Assembly: GCA_965203905.1 (NCBI GenBank)
Contig: CBDBDQ010000005.1
Location: 2,272,001-2,336,000 of the forward strand
Length of the DNA: 64,000 nucleotides
Source: Spirochaetia bacterium
GTDB taxonomy: Bacteria > Spirochaetota > Spirochaetia > SZUA-6 > Bin103
Direction of reading: 5' to 3'
In this document: in pieces, positions 19,196 through 29,670 of the stretch
Numbering within the stretch: the first letter of the stretch is position 1
Layout: every line of letters starts with the position of its first letter
Translations under genes and position numbers: made by a program
The notes under the pieces: model-generated
Database searches by the model: none
Told to the model about the DNA's origin: nothing
The model's input: the letters and a program-made list of their open reading frames with translations, nothing else

Positions 19196-19918
19196 ATGCA
19201 GCAACAAGCGTTGATCGTGTGGGGTGGCTGGCTGGGCCACGAGCCGGAGCAGACCGCGGAGATCTTTGGCGGGGTGCTGGAGGCGGAGGGATTCGCCGTC
19301 GAGGTGGCCACCACGCTGGACCGGTTCGTGGATGACGGGCGGCTCTCCGAGCTGGATCTGATCGTCCCGCTGTGGACCATGGGGACCATCGCCCGCGAGC
19401 AGGTGGAGCCGGTGGTGGAGGCGGTCGCCAACGGCGTCGGGCTGGCCGGTTGTCACGGCGGCATGTGCGACGCGTTCCGCGACTCGGTGCAGTGGCAGTT
19501 CATGACCGGCGGCAACTGGGTATCCCACCCCGGCGGCGACGGCGTGGAGTACACCGTGAACCTGCGCCACGGTTCCAGCGAGATCACCGCCGGCATGCGC
19601 GACTTCACGGTGCGCTCCGAGCAGTACTACCTGCACGTGGATCCCGCGGTTGAGGTGCTGGCCAGCACCCGCTTCCCGGTGGTGGACTGGTACCACAGCA
19701 GCAATGGGCCGGTGGACATGCCGGTGGTGTGGACCAAGCGCTGGGGCGCCGGGCGCGTGTTCTACAACTCCCTGGGCCACAAGGCCGAGGTGATCGCCCA
19801 GGAGGCGCCGCTGGAGCTGATGCGGCGCGGCTTCCGGTGGGCGGCCGCCGGCCGCCGTATCGCCCGCGAGCAGGGCCTTACGGCCGAGAGCTTCAGCAGC
19901 ACCGCCAAGATGTTCTGA
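19196..19918 (+). CDS. ThuA domain-containing protein
   Basis: ALIVWGGWLGHEP, GLAGCHGG, EQYYLHVDP and GRVFYNSLGH. Confidence 0.9.
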   Translation: MQQQALIVWGGWLGHEPEQTAEIFGGVLEAEGFAVEVATTLDRFVDDGRLSELDLIVPLWTMGTIAREQVEPVVEAVANGVGLAGCHGGMCDAFRDSVQWQFMTGGNWVSHPGGDGVEYTVNLRHGSSEITAGMRDFTVRSEQYYLHVDPAVEVLASTRFPVVDWYHSSNGPVDMPVVWTKRWGAGRVFYNSLGHKAEVIAQEAPLELMRRGFRWAAAGRRIAREQGLTAESFSSTAKMF

Positions 19919-19942
19919 AGCGGCCGCGTCATGGTCAAGACG

Positions 19943-20782
19943 TCAAAACTTGACCGCACCGCTAATCAAACCCTTGACAAAGTGCTGCTGTAGCACAAAT
20001 GCCATCAGGATGATGGGCAGCGAATAGACTACCGCCATGGCCATGAGCGTGTCCCAGGGAGGGCTGCCGCCGGGTCCTTGACCATGCAGGCTGGCAATCA
20101 CCAGCGGCACCGTTTGCATCGAGCGGCTTCCCAGGAACGTGAGCGGTATCATCAGGCTCTCCCAGCTCAGCAGGAACACGAACAGGAACACGGTCACCAC
20201 GCCCGCTCTTGCCAGCGGCAGCACAATGCGCAGCAAGATGCCGAGCGTGCCGCAGCCGTCGATCATTGCGCTTTCGTCGAGCTCCCGTGGGCAGCTCTCC
20301 TTGATGAACCCGATCAGCAACCAGGTGCAGATCGGTATGGCGAAACCCATCTCGATGAATACCACGGCGTGATAGGTGTCGTAGGCTTGAAAGAAGCGCA
20401 CCACGCGCGCCAGCGGCGAGATGAGGACCACGGACGGGATCATCTGCAAGATGAGCAGGAACGCCAGGAACAGGGACTTTCCGGCAAACCGGTAGCGCAC
20501 CACCGCGTAGGCGGCCATGAAGCCGAGGGGGACCGCGGTGGCGCTGGTAGCAGTTGCCACCAACACCGAGTTGAAGAGGTTGCGCGGGAAGCTCCTCAGC
20601 GTGAAGACCTGCAGATAGTTGTCCAGTGTGTATTCGGAGGCGAACACGCGGGGAGTGCGAACGAAGATCTCGCTCATGGGCTTGAACGAGTTCAACACCA
20701 TCCAGAAGATCGGAAACAGCGCTACAACCAGGATCGCCAGAACCAACAGGTGCAGCAGCACTTCCCGCGCTGTTCTCGTCAT
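19943..20782 (-). CDS. Carbohydrate ABC transporter permease (MalG-like)
   Basis: FPIFWMVLNSFKP and the EAA loop PRELDESAMIDG. Confidence 0.9.
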   Translation of the reverse strand: MTRTAREVLLHLLVLAILVVALFPIFWMVLNSFKPMSEIFVRTPRVFASEYTLDNYLQVFTLRSFPRNLFNSVLVATATSATAVPLGFMAAYAVVRYRFAGKSLFLAFLLILQMIPSVVLISPLARVVRFFQAYDTYHAVVFIEMGFAIPICTWLLIGFIKESCPRELDESAMIDGCGTLGILLRIVLPLARAGVVTVFLFVFLLSWESLMIPLTFLGSRSMQTVPLVIASLHGQGPGGSPPWDTLMAMAVVYSLPIILMAFVLQQHFVKGLISGAVKF

Positions 20783-21678
20783 AGCTGCCCCTGACTGCGG
20801 AGGTTCCTGAGGTAGAAGCGAGCAAACACCAGCAGCAGCAGGAAGATGATGACACCGCTGGCACTGCCCAGTCCCGGCCGATTGTGGAAGAACGACATCG
20901 ACCACGCGTAAACACCCACCACCTCTGAGCTGTGGTACGGACCACCCTTGGTCATGATGTACACGACGGTAAAGGCCTTGAACGTCCAGAGTATGTTGAG
21001 GAGCACCAGGATCTGGAACGTCGTCCGAATGCCCGGCAGCGTTACGTAGCGCAGCTTGGCAAACAACCTCGCGCCCTCGAGCTCGGCGGCTTCATAGAAA
21101 TCCCGTGGAATGGACTGCAACGCCGCCAGATAGGCGAGGGTAAAGAACGGAAACGCCTTCCAGATCTGGACGAGGATTGCCGACAGCAACGAGTACCGGC
21201 GGTCGATGAGCCAGCCGAAGTTCACGAAGTACTCGATGCCGAGGACGTTGCCCAGCAGATGATTCAGAAACCCGTAGCGGTCACTGAAGATCAATCCCCA
21301 GACCGTGGCTGCCGTAACCATGGGGGTAATCCACGGGAGCAGGATCGCGGTTCTGATCAGCCGCCGGAATCTCAGGCGCTGATTGAGCAGCATTGCGCTG
21401 GTGAACGAGATGAGAGTCGTCACCGACACCACCATCACGCTCCAGATCGTCGAGTTCTTGATCGAGTTGAGAAAGAAGCGTTCGTGAACGATCAGCTCGA
21501 CATAGTTGGCGAGCCCGACGAACTCCGGCCGCAGCATCATGATGGTCTTGCGGAACAGACTGAAGCCCACTCCGTAGAAGAGCGGTACCAGCAGAACGGC
21601 CAGCACCGCCAGCATCGAAGGGAGAATCAGCAGATAGGGGACGCGGTTTCGTCTGAGGGTGGCGGTCACCATCCTCAT
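20779..21678 (-). CDS. Carbohydrate ABC transporter permease (MalF-like)
   Basis: FVGLANY, LLPWITP, ALQSIPRDFYEAAELEGA and MTKGGP. Confidence 0.9.
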   Translation of the reverse strand: MRMVTATLRRNRVPYLLILPSMLAVLAVLLVPLFYGVGFSLFRKTIMMLRPEFVGLANYVELIVHERFFLNSIKNSTIWSVMVVSVTTLISFTSAMLLNQRLRFRRLIRTAILLPWITPMVTAATVWGLIFSDRYGFLNHLLGNVLGIEYFVNFGWLIDRRYSLLSAILVQIWKAFPFFTLAYLAALQSIPRDFYEAAELEGARLFAKLRYVTLPGIRTTFQILVLLNILWTFKAFTVVYIMTKGGPYHSSEVVGVYAWSMSFFHNRPGLGSASGVIIFLLLLVFARFYLRNLRSQGQL

Positions 21679-21772
21679 GGCAGGGGCCGCCGGCGCGCCG
21701 CCACGGGTGTCGCGAGCACGTCGGCACAGCGACGGCTCGTGGCGGCGCGGGACTGTATCTTCGCCAGCGTTG

Positions 21773-23113
21773 TTACTTGTAGGCCTCTTGAATCACGGCC
21801 ATCTCGGCGAGCATGTCGTCGACCGCCTGCTCGACCGTCTTTTCGCCCAGCAGCGTGACCGCCACCGCATCGAAGATCTTCTCGCGCAATTGGCCCCAGC
21901 CCGGGTGAGGCTCCTGTTTGATCACGCCCTGCTGCGCCTGCTGCATCATGTATGAGGCCCACGGGTCGGCGTGGAGGCGCGGATCATCGATCAGATCCAA
22001 CCGGGCCGGAATGTAGCGCGACAGGGTGGTTCCTGGAATCGCGTTCTCCGGAATCTGCAGGTACTCGATGAACCGCCAGGCCGCCTCGGGATGTTTGCTC
22101 TTCGAGCTGATAGCGATGTGCCCGCCGCCTGCCATGGACATGCCGGTGGGTTTCAGCGGCAGGTTGATGAAGCCGATCTTGCCATCCAACGCGGGGTTCT
22201 GGCCGATGACGGTGCGCGCGTTGTACGGCGTCGTGGTCATCATCGCGATCTCCTCCTCGGCCATCAGCCGCAACAGGTCGGCGTACTGGTAGGCGGCGGA
22301 TGGTTCCGGTCCACCGGGGGAGAACTCGGCCAGCGCGTTCATGTGGGCGATGGCGTTGATTACCTCCTGGCGGTACTGGGGCAGGAAGAATCCGCCCTCC
22401 TTGGTGGTGAGGTTCTCGCCAGTCTGCTGATACATCCAGATGAGGAACTGGTGCGAGCTCAGCCGGCCACCGTGGCTGCCCCATCCGAACTGGTCGATCT
22501 CGCCGTCGTTGTCCGTGTCGCGGGTGAGGGTCTCCGCCATCTGCAACAGCTCGTCCCAGTCCTCCGGGGGCTTGTCCGGGTCCAGGCCGGCTGCTTCGAA
22601 CATCTCCCTGTTCACCATGATCGCCCACACGGTCATGATGCGCGGGACTCCCCAGCGTTCCCCATCGATGGTGATCTCGTTCACGTACGCCGGTGGCAGG
22701 GCGGACTTGTACGGCAGGCCCTCGAACTGGTCGGTGATGGCGAGGACCTCACCCATCACCTGATAGCTGGTCACACCGCCTTCCCAGATGTCCGGCGGCG
22801 AACCGATCTCGATGGCGCTGAGGTGCTTGGCTACGTATTCACCCCACGGGAAGCTCGTCACCTCCACGCGAATGCCGGTCTCGTCGTAGAACGAGTCCGC
22901 CAACTCCTGCAGCTTCTCCACGCCTTCAGTGGGATAGCCGCCGACCCAGTAGTTGAGCTCGATGTTCTCCTGGGCGGCTTCGCCGGCGGCTGCTGCGAAG
23001 GCAAGGGTTGGGATCAGCGCGAACAGGGCGACGGTCAGCGCCGCCAATGGGATTCTCTCTCTGTAAGTCAAGTCTCTACTCCTCGCGTGGTGACACGCTG
23101 GCGTGAGCCGCAC
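21773..23113 (-). CDS. Sugar ABC transporter substrate-binding protein (start uncertain)
   Basis: Signal peptide ending AFAAAAGE. PPEDWDELL and SKSKHPEAAWRFIEYL. Confidence 0.85.
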   Translation of the reverse strand: MRLTPACHHARSRDLTYRERIPLAALTVALFALIPTLAFAAAAGEAAQENIELNYWVGGYPTEGVEKLQELADSFYDETGIRVEVTSFPWGEYVAKHLSAIEIGSPPDIWEGGVTSYQVMGEVLAITDQFEGLPYKSALPPAYVNEITIDGERWGVPRIMTVWAIMVNREMFEAAGLDPDKPPEDWDELLQMAETLTRDTDNDGEIDQFGWGSHGGRLSSHQFLIWMYQQTGENLTTKEGGFFLPQYRQEVINAIAHMNALAEFSPGGPEPSAAYQYADLLRLMAEEEIAMMTTTPYNARTVIGQNPALDGKIGFINLPLKPTGMSMAGGGHIAISSKSKHPEAAWRFIEYLQIPENAIPGTTLSRYIPARLDLIDDPRLHADPWASYMMQQAQQGVIKQEPHPGWGQLREKIFDAVAVTLLGEKTVEQAVDDMLAEMAVIQEAYK

Positions 23114-23150
23114 GTGGCGCGCGACACCGCTTCACTCTCCTCTCGTCCAG

Positions 23151-24023
23151 TTACGATTCCGCGAACAGTGCGCGGGGCACGTCTGCGGTCCATGAGATGA
23201 CCTCCTCGGTGGATGGGAACATGGCTTCGAACATCAGCTCGCCCGAATAGTCGACCTCAGCCAGGGCCGCGAACAGACTGCGCCAGCGCACGTGGCCGGT
23301 GAATGGCGCGTTATGGTCCCGCACGGCAACACGCTGGCCATCCACCACCACCTCTACCGCCTCGTCGCCGAAGTCATGCAGGTGGAGATGGCGCAAGTGG
23401 CTCGCGCACTGCGCGATGATGGGTCTGATCTGGTCCTCGTGGGTGAACAGGCTGACGCCGTCGCCGTCTGTTGCGTGGCCGATATCCAGCGCGAACCCGA
23501 AACGTGCAGACCCGATGCGGTCGCATAGCGGCAGGTAGTGGCTGGGGTGCTCGGACAGGTTCTCGTTGACGAGCGTGACCCCGCTGTCGCTGGTCTGCTC
23601 GAGCATCTCCACGATCGACCGCTCGGCGTGGTCGTTGGTCCCGAAGTGCCCGACGCATACGGCGGCGCCGAGTTCCGCCCCTTTGCGCACTGCATCCACC
23701 AGTGCCTCGACGGCGCCTTTCCGCACCGGCTCGTACTCGCTGTCGGTGGGCAGCACGGGGACGTGCATGGAGACGACGCGCACGCCATGACGGTCGCACG
23801 CACCACGTATCTCGTCGATCTGAGACTGGTCGTAGAAGTCGTAGAAGCTGCGCGGGCGAATGCCGCTGATCTCGATGCGCTTGATCCCCGATTCGGCGAT
23901 CTCGGCTATCTCCCGCGCACCCAGCCGCCGATCGCGAGAGAACGCACAGGTCGAAATGCCAAGCCGCGCCGAGATCTCTTCTGCGTTCCACACGATTCCG
24001 ATGTCGCGAGGTCGTTCACTCAT
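23151..24023 (-). CDS. Sugar phosphate isomerase/epimerase (AP endonuclease 2 TIM barrel)
   Basis: VSMHVP, LVNENL, LDIGH, HLHLHD and DYSGELMFE. Confidence 0.85.
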   Translation of the reverse strand: MSERPRDIGIVWNAEEISARLGISTCAFSRDRRLGAREIAEIAESGIKRIEISGIRPRSFYDFYDQSQIDEIRGACDRHGVRVVSMHVPVLPTDSEYEPVRKGAVEALVDAVRKGAELGAAVCVGHFGTNDHAERSIVEMLEQTSDSGVTLVNENLSEHPSHYLPLCDRIGSARFGFALDIGHATDGDGVSLFTHEDQIRPIIAQCASHLRHLHLHDFGDEAVEVVVDGQRVAVRDHNAPFTGHVRWRSLFAALAEVDYSGELMFEAMFPSTEEVISWTADVPRALFAES

Positions 24024-24092
24024 CTCCACGTCAGGTGGCGGACCGTGCGTGTGCACAGCATCAAGGCAGGATGAGGATTGGGTGCGATATTG

Positions 24093-25112
24093 TCAAGTGT
24101 TCGAGTCCTCGACATCCTCGACGTCCTCGACCGGGCCGAGCAGGCGGGGCAGGAAGCCGGCCACCGTGAGCTGCCACAGGTGGTACATGATGAGGGGCAG
24201 CAGGGCCACGCCGAGCAGGTCCGGCATGGTGGCGAAGTAGGTGGTGAGCAGCGGCGCGCCCATGGCCAGGGTCTTCTGCGGCGCCACGAACAGGGCGGTG
24301 TAGGTGTTGGCCTTGTCGAGTTGCAGTGCGCGGGTGACCCCCCAGACCGCCCCCAGTAGCAGCAGGTGGGACAGCGCCAGGTAGCCGAACAGGGGCCACA
24401 GCCGCAGCAGCGAGGCGGCAAAGGTGGGGTCCAGCGCGGGCCGTGAAAACGAGAACCAGATGATCACCACGATGGAAGCGTTCATGAACACCGAGATTGC
24501 CTTGCGCAGGCGCTGCGCGAGTTCCCGCAGCCGCGCCCGCGCGAGCTGACCGAGCGCGAACGGCAGCAGCATCTTCAGCGCCAGCGCCGTGAGCACTCGC
24601 AGCAGCTCGTCGGCGGGCAGGGCGCGGCCGCTCTGCTGCAGCAGCAGCGACAGCAGCAGCGGCGACAGGAACACCCCCGCCACGTTGGCCAGGGAGGCAT
24701 TGAAAATGGTGGCGACCACGTTGCCGCGCGCCGCCTGGGTGAACACGATGCAGCTCGACACGGTGGTGGGCAGCACCGCCAGCGCATAGATCCCGGCCAG
24801 CAGGCGCGGATCCCCGCCGCGCCACAGCAGCGCCGCGCTGGCGGCGAAGTAGAGCGGCACCGCGACGAAGATGAACGCCTGCAGGAACAGGTGCAGGCGG
24901 ACATCGCGCAGGCCGGACGCGATCGCCTCGGTCGGCAGGCTCAGGCCGGACAGGAAGAACAGCACCACCACCAGCACGGTGGCGGTGGTTCCGTCCAGGC
25001 TCGCCGCGGTGCCGGCCCGCGGCGCCGCCAACCCCACCGCCACCGCGGCCAGCAGCCCGATGAGGAACCAGTTCTTGGCGAACCACGCGCCGACGCGCGC
25101 CGAGCCAGCCAT
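24093..25112 (-). CDS. Bile acid:sodium symporter (SBF-like) family protein
   Basis: FFLSGLSL, LPTTVSS, ARGNV, QKTLAMG and LPLIMYHLWQL. Confidence 0.9.
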   Translation of the reverse strand: MAGSARVGAWFAKNWFLIGLLAAVAVGLAAPRAGTAASLDGTTATVLVVVLFFLSGLSLPTEAIASGLRDVRLHLFLQAFIFVAVPLYFAASAALLWRGGDPRLLAGIYALAVLPTTVSSCIVFTQAARGNVVATIFNASLANVAGVFLSPLLLSLLLQQSGRALPADELLRVLTALALKMLLPFALGQLARARLRELAQRLRKAISVFMNASIVVIIWFSFSRPALDPTFAASLLRLWPLFGYLALSHLLLLGAVWGVTRALQLDKANTYTALFVAPQKTLAMGAPLLTTYFATMPDLLGVALLPLIMYHLWQLTVAGFLPRLLGPVEDVEDVEDSNT

Positions 25113-25175
25113 CGCGGTGCATCATAGCGGCCGGACCTTTGCCACTCATAGCCCAACCCGGTAACGTCCAGGGCC

Positions 25176-26036
25176 ATGCAGATTGGCTTCAACATGCTGC
25201 TCTGGACACCGTTCGTGACCGAGGAGCACTTCCCGTTGTTCGCACCCCTCAAGGAGACCGGCTACGACGGCGTCGAGCTGGAGATCTTCGACGGCACCCC
25301 CGAGCACTACGCGCGGGTGGCGCGCGAGTTGGACAACCATGGCCTGCGGCGCACCGGGGTGACCATCATCCCGGACCAGGAGCGCAACATCCTCAGCGAC
25401 GACCCCGCCCGCCGCGCCGCCGGGGTGGATCATCTCAAGTGGGCGGTGGACTGCGCCGCGGCACTGGGGGCGGAGCTGCTGTGCGGTCCCTTTTATCAGC
25501 CGCTCGGCCAGTTCACCGGCACCGGACCGACCGCCGAGGAGCAGCGGCGCGCCGCGGACGCCCACCGGCAGGCCGCCGAGCACGCGGCCCAGGCGGGGAT
25601 TCCGCTGGCGGTGGAGGCTTTGAACCGCTTCGAGTGCTACTTCCTCAACACGCTGGCCGACACCGCGGCCCACGTGAAGCGCGTCGACCACCCCAACTTC
25701 CACCTGATATACGACACCTTCCACGCCAACCTGGAGGAGAAGGACCCGGTGGGGGTGATCGCGCCGCACCTGCCGCTGATCAAGCACGTCCACGTATCGG
25801 AGAACGACCGCGGCACGCCGGGGCGCGGCCACGTGCCATGGGACGCGACCTTTCGCGCCCTGCGCCAGGGCGGCTACGACGCCTGGCTCACCATCGAGGC
25901 GTTCGGCCGCACGCTGCCGGAGCTGGCCGCCACCACCTGTGTGTGGCGCGACTTCTCGGCCAGCAACGAAGAGGTATACCAGGTCGGCTTCCGGACCATC
26001 CGCGACGGGTGGCGGCGCGCGGGAGAGCCCTGCTGA
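25176..26036 (+). CDS. D-tagatose/D-psicose 3-epimerase-like sugar epimerase
   Basis: EALNRFECY, YDTFHANLEE, HVHVSENDRGTPG.GH and LTIEAF. Confidence 0.9.
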   Translation: MQIGFNMLLWTPFVTEEHFPLFAPLKETGYDGVELEIFDGTPEHYARVARELDNHGLRRTGVTIIPDQERNILSDDPARRAAGVDHLKWAVDCAAALGAELLCGPFYQPLGQFTGTGPTAEEQRRAADAHRQAAEHAAQAGIPLAVEALNRFECYFLNTLADTAAHVKRVDHPNFHLIYDTFHANLEEKDPVGVIAPHLPLIKHVHVSENDRGTPGRGHVPWDATFRALRQGGYDAWLTIEAFGRTLPELAATTCVWRDFSASNEEVYQVGFRTIRDGWRRAGEPC

Positions 26037-26043
26037 ACCTGGG

Positions 26044-27039
26044 CTAAAGGAGCGTCTTGCGGTACAGCGCGCGTGCCAGGCGGACGATTTCCTCAGCCGC
26101 CGGCAGCCCGTCGCGCAGATGGGCGGGGATCGCCTGCGCACCGTTGCAGGCACCGCTCAAGGCGCCGGCCACCGCGGCGAACGTATCCACGTCGCCGCCG
26201 CAGGTGAGCGCCCGCCGCAGCGTGGCCTCGAACTCGCCGGGGGTGCGCAGGAACGCCTCCAGGGCCACCGCGGCGGTGACCGGCGCCTCGCTGGGCAGCC
26301 CCTGCCCGGCGCTGAACGGCGTCTCCGGCAGCTCCAGGAGCGTCGCGTAGGCGGCGTCGGCGGGCAACTCCAGCAGCCGGCGCACCCCGCCGAGCAGCCG
26401 GCCGGTGGGAGCGTGCACCGCGCCTGCCGACCGTTCCGCCAGCGCCAGCAGCTCGTCCGCCGCCGGCGCACCGCCGGCCGCCAGGTGGCGCACCACGTGG
26501 GCGATGGCCACGGCCGGTCCCACGGCGCGCGGGTCCTTGTGGGTGAGGTGACTCACCGCGATGGCATCGGCGTCGAGCTGTGTCTTGCGGCGCCAGTGCC
26601 ACAGCCCCACCGGGGCGATCTTCATCACCGCACCGTTGGAGGGCAGATCGGTGGACGCCGCCTGCTGCCAGGGGACGCCGCGGGCCATGCGCTCCAGCGT
26701 CTCTCGGAACGCGCGCCCGTAGCCGTACAACTCGCCAGCGTGCCACATGCGCAGCAACCGGTGCGCCACGTCACCGGGATCGACCCGCCCGCGCGCCAGC
26801 AGCGACTCCACCAGCACCAGGGTCTGCTGGGTGTCGTCGGTGTACGCCCCGCCGGGACGCACCACCGCGCCGTCCGCGCGCCGGAGCTCCCGGTAGTGGC
26901 CCAGGAGTCGCTCCACCTCCAGGATGCGGCTACGTGGCCAGCCCTCGCAGAAGCTGCCCAGCGCATCCCCCACCGCGCCGCCGAGCAGCGCGCCCACGAA
27001 GCGATCCTCGCTCTCTACTTCACCACCGACAAAGCTCAT
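26044..27039 (-). CDS. ADP-ribosylglycohydrolase family protein
   Basis: [29 protein letters not shown] and [16 protein letters not shown]. Confidence 0.92.
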   Translation of the reverse strand: MSFVGGEVESEDRFVGALLGGAVGDALGSFCEGWPRSRILEVERLLGHYRELRRADGAVVRPGGAYTDDTQQTLVLVESLLARGRVDPGDVAHRLLRMWHAGELYGYGRAFRETLERMARGVPWQQAASTDLPSNGAVMKIAPVGLWHWRRKTQLDADAIAVSHLTHKDPRAVGPAVAIAHVVRHLAAGGAPAADELLALAERSAGAVHAPTGRLLGGVRRLLELPADAAYATLLELPETPFSAGQGLPSEAPVTAAVALEAFLRTPGEFEATLRRALTCGGDVDTFAAVAGALSGACNGAQAIPAHLRDGLPAAEEIVRLARALYRKTLL

Positions 27040-27545
27040 CGCGGCGCCTCCAGCACGAGCGGCGGGCCGTCCGCCCCGAACGACATTTCCACCAGGTTGT
27101 CGCCGGGACCCCCGCGGTCGACCACCACGAAATCGGTCTCGCGGGTCATGGCGATCACCGGATGGTGCCACACGCCGCGCGCGTAATTCACGCCCTGGCG
27201 GCCGTCGGTCACGAAGGCGCGCACCGCCGCCGGCCGTGGCGTGGCGCCGGCCGGCGCCACCACGATCAGAAACGGCGCGGCGTCCAACGGGATGAACGCC
27301 TGCGAGCCGAGCGGGTGCTGTTCCAGGAGGCGGATGGTGAGCGGCAGCGCCAGCGGCCGCGCCCGGAACAGGTTGATCAGCGGGAATCCGCCGCCGGCCG
27401 CCACATCCACGCGCGCCAGGTCGTGGAAGCGCACGGTGGTGCCGTCGTTGATCACCCGCCGCTCCGCGCCCTCCGTCTCGATCACCTCGCCGAACGGCGC
27501 AAAATCGCGTTGGATGAGCGGGACCGGTGCGAGGCGGTGAGTCAT
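27036..27545 (-). CDS. allA: Ureidoglycolate lyase
   Basis: [32 protein letters not shown] and [12 protein letters not shown]. Confidence 0.93.
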   Translation of the reverse strand: MTHRLAPVPLIQRDFAPFGEVIETEGAERRVINDGTTVRFHDLARVDVAAGGGFPLINLFRARPLALPLTIRLLEQHPLGSQAFIPLDAAPFLIVVAPAGATPRPAAVRAFVTDGRQGVNYARGVWHHPVIAMTRETDFVVVDRGGPGDNLVEMSFGADGPPLVLEAPR

Positions 27546-27610
27546 CGTGCGACTATCCCGAAACCATGTCCAGCAGACGAACCAGGTGCAACCGTCTTCA
27601 TGGTTGCGTA

Positions 27611-28672
27611 CTACTCCTGCACCGGCGTGCCGAACAGGCGCAGCCGGGCCACGCCACCGTCCGGGACGATGTTGAGGTGGACGTGCGACACCGGCTGCGG
27701 GGCGTCGGCGGGAATCACGAAGGTGTGCTCGCGGTCGGCCTGCAGCGGCTGCTCGGGAAGCAGTATCGGCCAGAACATCGACTGCGCGATCACCGACTCC
27801 TGCAGCTTGCCGAAGTGCTCGGCGAGCAGCGCGCCCTGCAGTGAGCAGCGGTCGGGGAAGTTGCCCTTGAAGTGGCTGGTGTCCACCACCACCCGGTCGA
27901 TGATGCCGGGACGCGCCAGCGCGATGATGCACCAGTCGTGGCCCGGTTCCCGGCGCCGGCGCGTCTCCCAGCCCTCGCCGGCGTCACGCGCCCGGTCGGG
28001 ACGCAGGATGTTGGCTGGGTGGCCGTAGTGGGAGTTGTTCCACGCCACCGCCACCGCGCCGTTGCGCGCGCAGCCCAGGTCCACGGCTCCGCGCTCGGCC
28101 AGCGCCCCCCAGTCGGGGTCCGGGCGTCCGAACACGCGCAGGCGCGCCACACCGCCGTCCGGGAGCAGATTGAGACGGACGTGACTGACCACTCCGGCGC
28201 CGGCAACCTCGAACAGGTGATGCGAGTCGGGGCCGATCGGCGCCGGCGGCACCAGCGTGACCCACTCGGTGGCCGCATCGGGATCGCCCTTGCAGTAGCA
28301 GCCCTCCACCGACGCGGCGGGCGGAAAGTTGCCGGTGAAGTGGCTGGTGTCGATGTCCACCGAGAACACCTCGCCCGGGGTCGCCAGCCGCACCACGCAG
28401 TAGTCGTGTCCGCCGCGGCGCCGGCGCCGCGACTCCCAGCCGTCCATCCACTTGCCGTGATCGTCGTACTTGTCCGGCAGGAACACCGCGTCGTGCGATT
28501 GCAGCATCCGCGTCATCGGTCCGAAGAACTCGTCGCTGCACGAGATCGCCCGCGCGCCGAGCCGGGCGTCGGCCAAGTTGGTCGTGTAGCCCTGCCCGGG
28601 CTGGGTCGTGGCGCTGGAATCGACGCGGGCATCCGGCGCGGCGCCGCCCGCTGCGGTGGATTCAGTTGCCAT
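27611..28672 (-). CDS. alc: Allantoicase
   Basis: Two allantoicase repeats ([13 protein letters not shown] and GWETRRRR), DTSHF.GNFP and PDGGVARLR. Confidence 0.95.
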   Translation of the reverse strand: MATESTAAGGAAPDARVDSSATTQPGQGYTTNLADARLGARAISCSDEFFGPMTRMLQSHDAVFLPDKYDDHGKWMDGWESRRRRRGGHDYCVVRLATPGEVFSVDIDTSHFTGNFPPAASVEGCYCKGDPDAATEWVTLVPPAPIGPDSHHLFEVAGAGVVSHVRLNLLPDGGVARLRVFGRPDPDWGALAERGAVDLGCARNGAVAVAWNNSHYGHPANILRPDRARDAGEGWETRRRREPGHDWCIIALARPGIIDRVVVDTSHFKGNFPDRCSLQGALLAEHFGKLQESVIAQSMFWPILLPEQPLQADREHTFVIPADAPQPVSHVHLNIVPDGGVARLRLFGTPVQE

Positions 28673-29573
28673 GGGGATGATGTTGCCTCCAGTGGCGGGC
28701 GATGTCGATGCGCCGGCAGCACCACACCGCCTCGTGGGCGAGTACGTGGTCGAGGAACCGCGCCACGGCGGCGAAGCGTCCGGGGCGTCCGGCAAGGCGG
28801 CAGTGCAGCCCCACCGACATCATGCGCGGGGTATGCTCGCCCTCGGCGTACAGCACGTCGAACGCGTCGCGCAGGTAGGCGAAGAACTGGTCGCCGGAAT
28901 TGAAGCCTTGCGGCGTCGCGAAGCGCATGTCGTTGGCGTCCAGGGTGTAGGGCACCACCAGGTGGGAGCGCCCGGCAACCTCGGTCCAGAACGGCAGGTC
29001 GTCGTTGTAGTCGTCGGCGTCGTACAGGAAGCCTCCCTCCTCCACCACCAGGCGGCGGGTGTTGGGCCCGGTGCGTCCCGTGTACCAACCCAGTGGCCGC
29101 TCCCCGGTGAGCTCCTGGATGATCTCGACCGCCCGCCGCAGGTGCTCCCGCTCCACCGCCTCCGGCACCTCCTGGTAGTCGATCCAGCGGTAGCCGTGGC
29201 TGCAGATCTCGAAACCGTTGGCCAGGGCGGCGTCGGCCACCGCCGGGTTGCGCTGCAGGGCCATCGCCACCGCGAACACCGTGACCGGCACCTGCCGCTC
29301 GCGGAACAGCTCGAACAGCCGCCACACGCCGACCCGGCTGCCATACTCGTAGATCGACTCCATGCTCATGTGGCGCTGACCGGGGAACGGGCGCGCCCCG
29401 ACGATCTCCGAGAGGAACGCCTCCGAGGCCGCGTCGCCGTGCAGGATGCAGTTCTCACCGCCTTCCTCGTAGTTGATCACGAACTGTACGGCCACACGCG
29501 CGGCGCCGGGCCAGCGGGCGTGGGGCGGAGTGGGGCCGTAGCCCTGCAGATCCCTCGGGTAGGCGGCTTCCAC
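28662..29573 (-). CDS. puuE: Allantoinase PuuE (polysaccharide-deacetylase fold)
   Basis: YPRDLQGYG, FVINYEEGGENCILHGD, MESIYEYGSR, GWYTGR and MMSVGLHCRL.GRPGR. Confidence 0.95.
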   Translation of the reverse strand: MEAAYPRDLQGYGPTPPHARWPGAARVAVQFVINYEEGGENCILHGDAASEAFLSEIVGARPFPGQRHMSMESIYEYGSRVGVWRLFELFRERQVPVTVFAVAMALQRNPAVADAALANGFEICSHGYRWIDYQEVPEAVEREHLRRAVEIIQELTGERPLGWYTGRTGPNTRRLVVEEGGFLYDADDYNDDLPFWTEVAGRSHLVVPYTLDANDMRFATPQGFNSGDQFFAYLRDAFDVLYAEGEHTPRMMSVGLHCRLAGRPGRFAAVARFLDHVLAHEAVWCCRRIDIARHWRQHHPHGN

Positions 29574-29670
29574 GTCGCGAGCCGCGCTAACGCCCCAAGA
29601 GCGCCACCGGGGCGGCGCTTTTGGCCCATCCCGTCCGATCACTGGGAGGCAGTCGCAATTCGACAGCCTC

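Noticed and set aside
24105-24131. 9-bp tandem repeat encoding VEDVEDVED
   Set aside because: A short in-frame tail repeat with no evidence of function.
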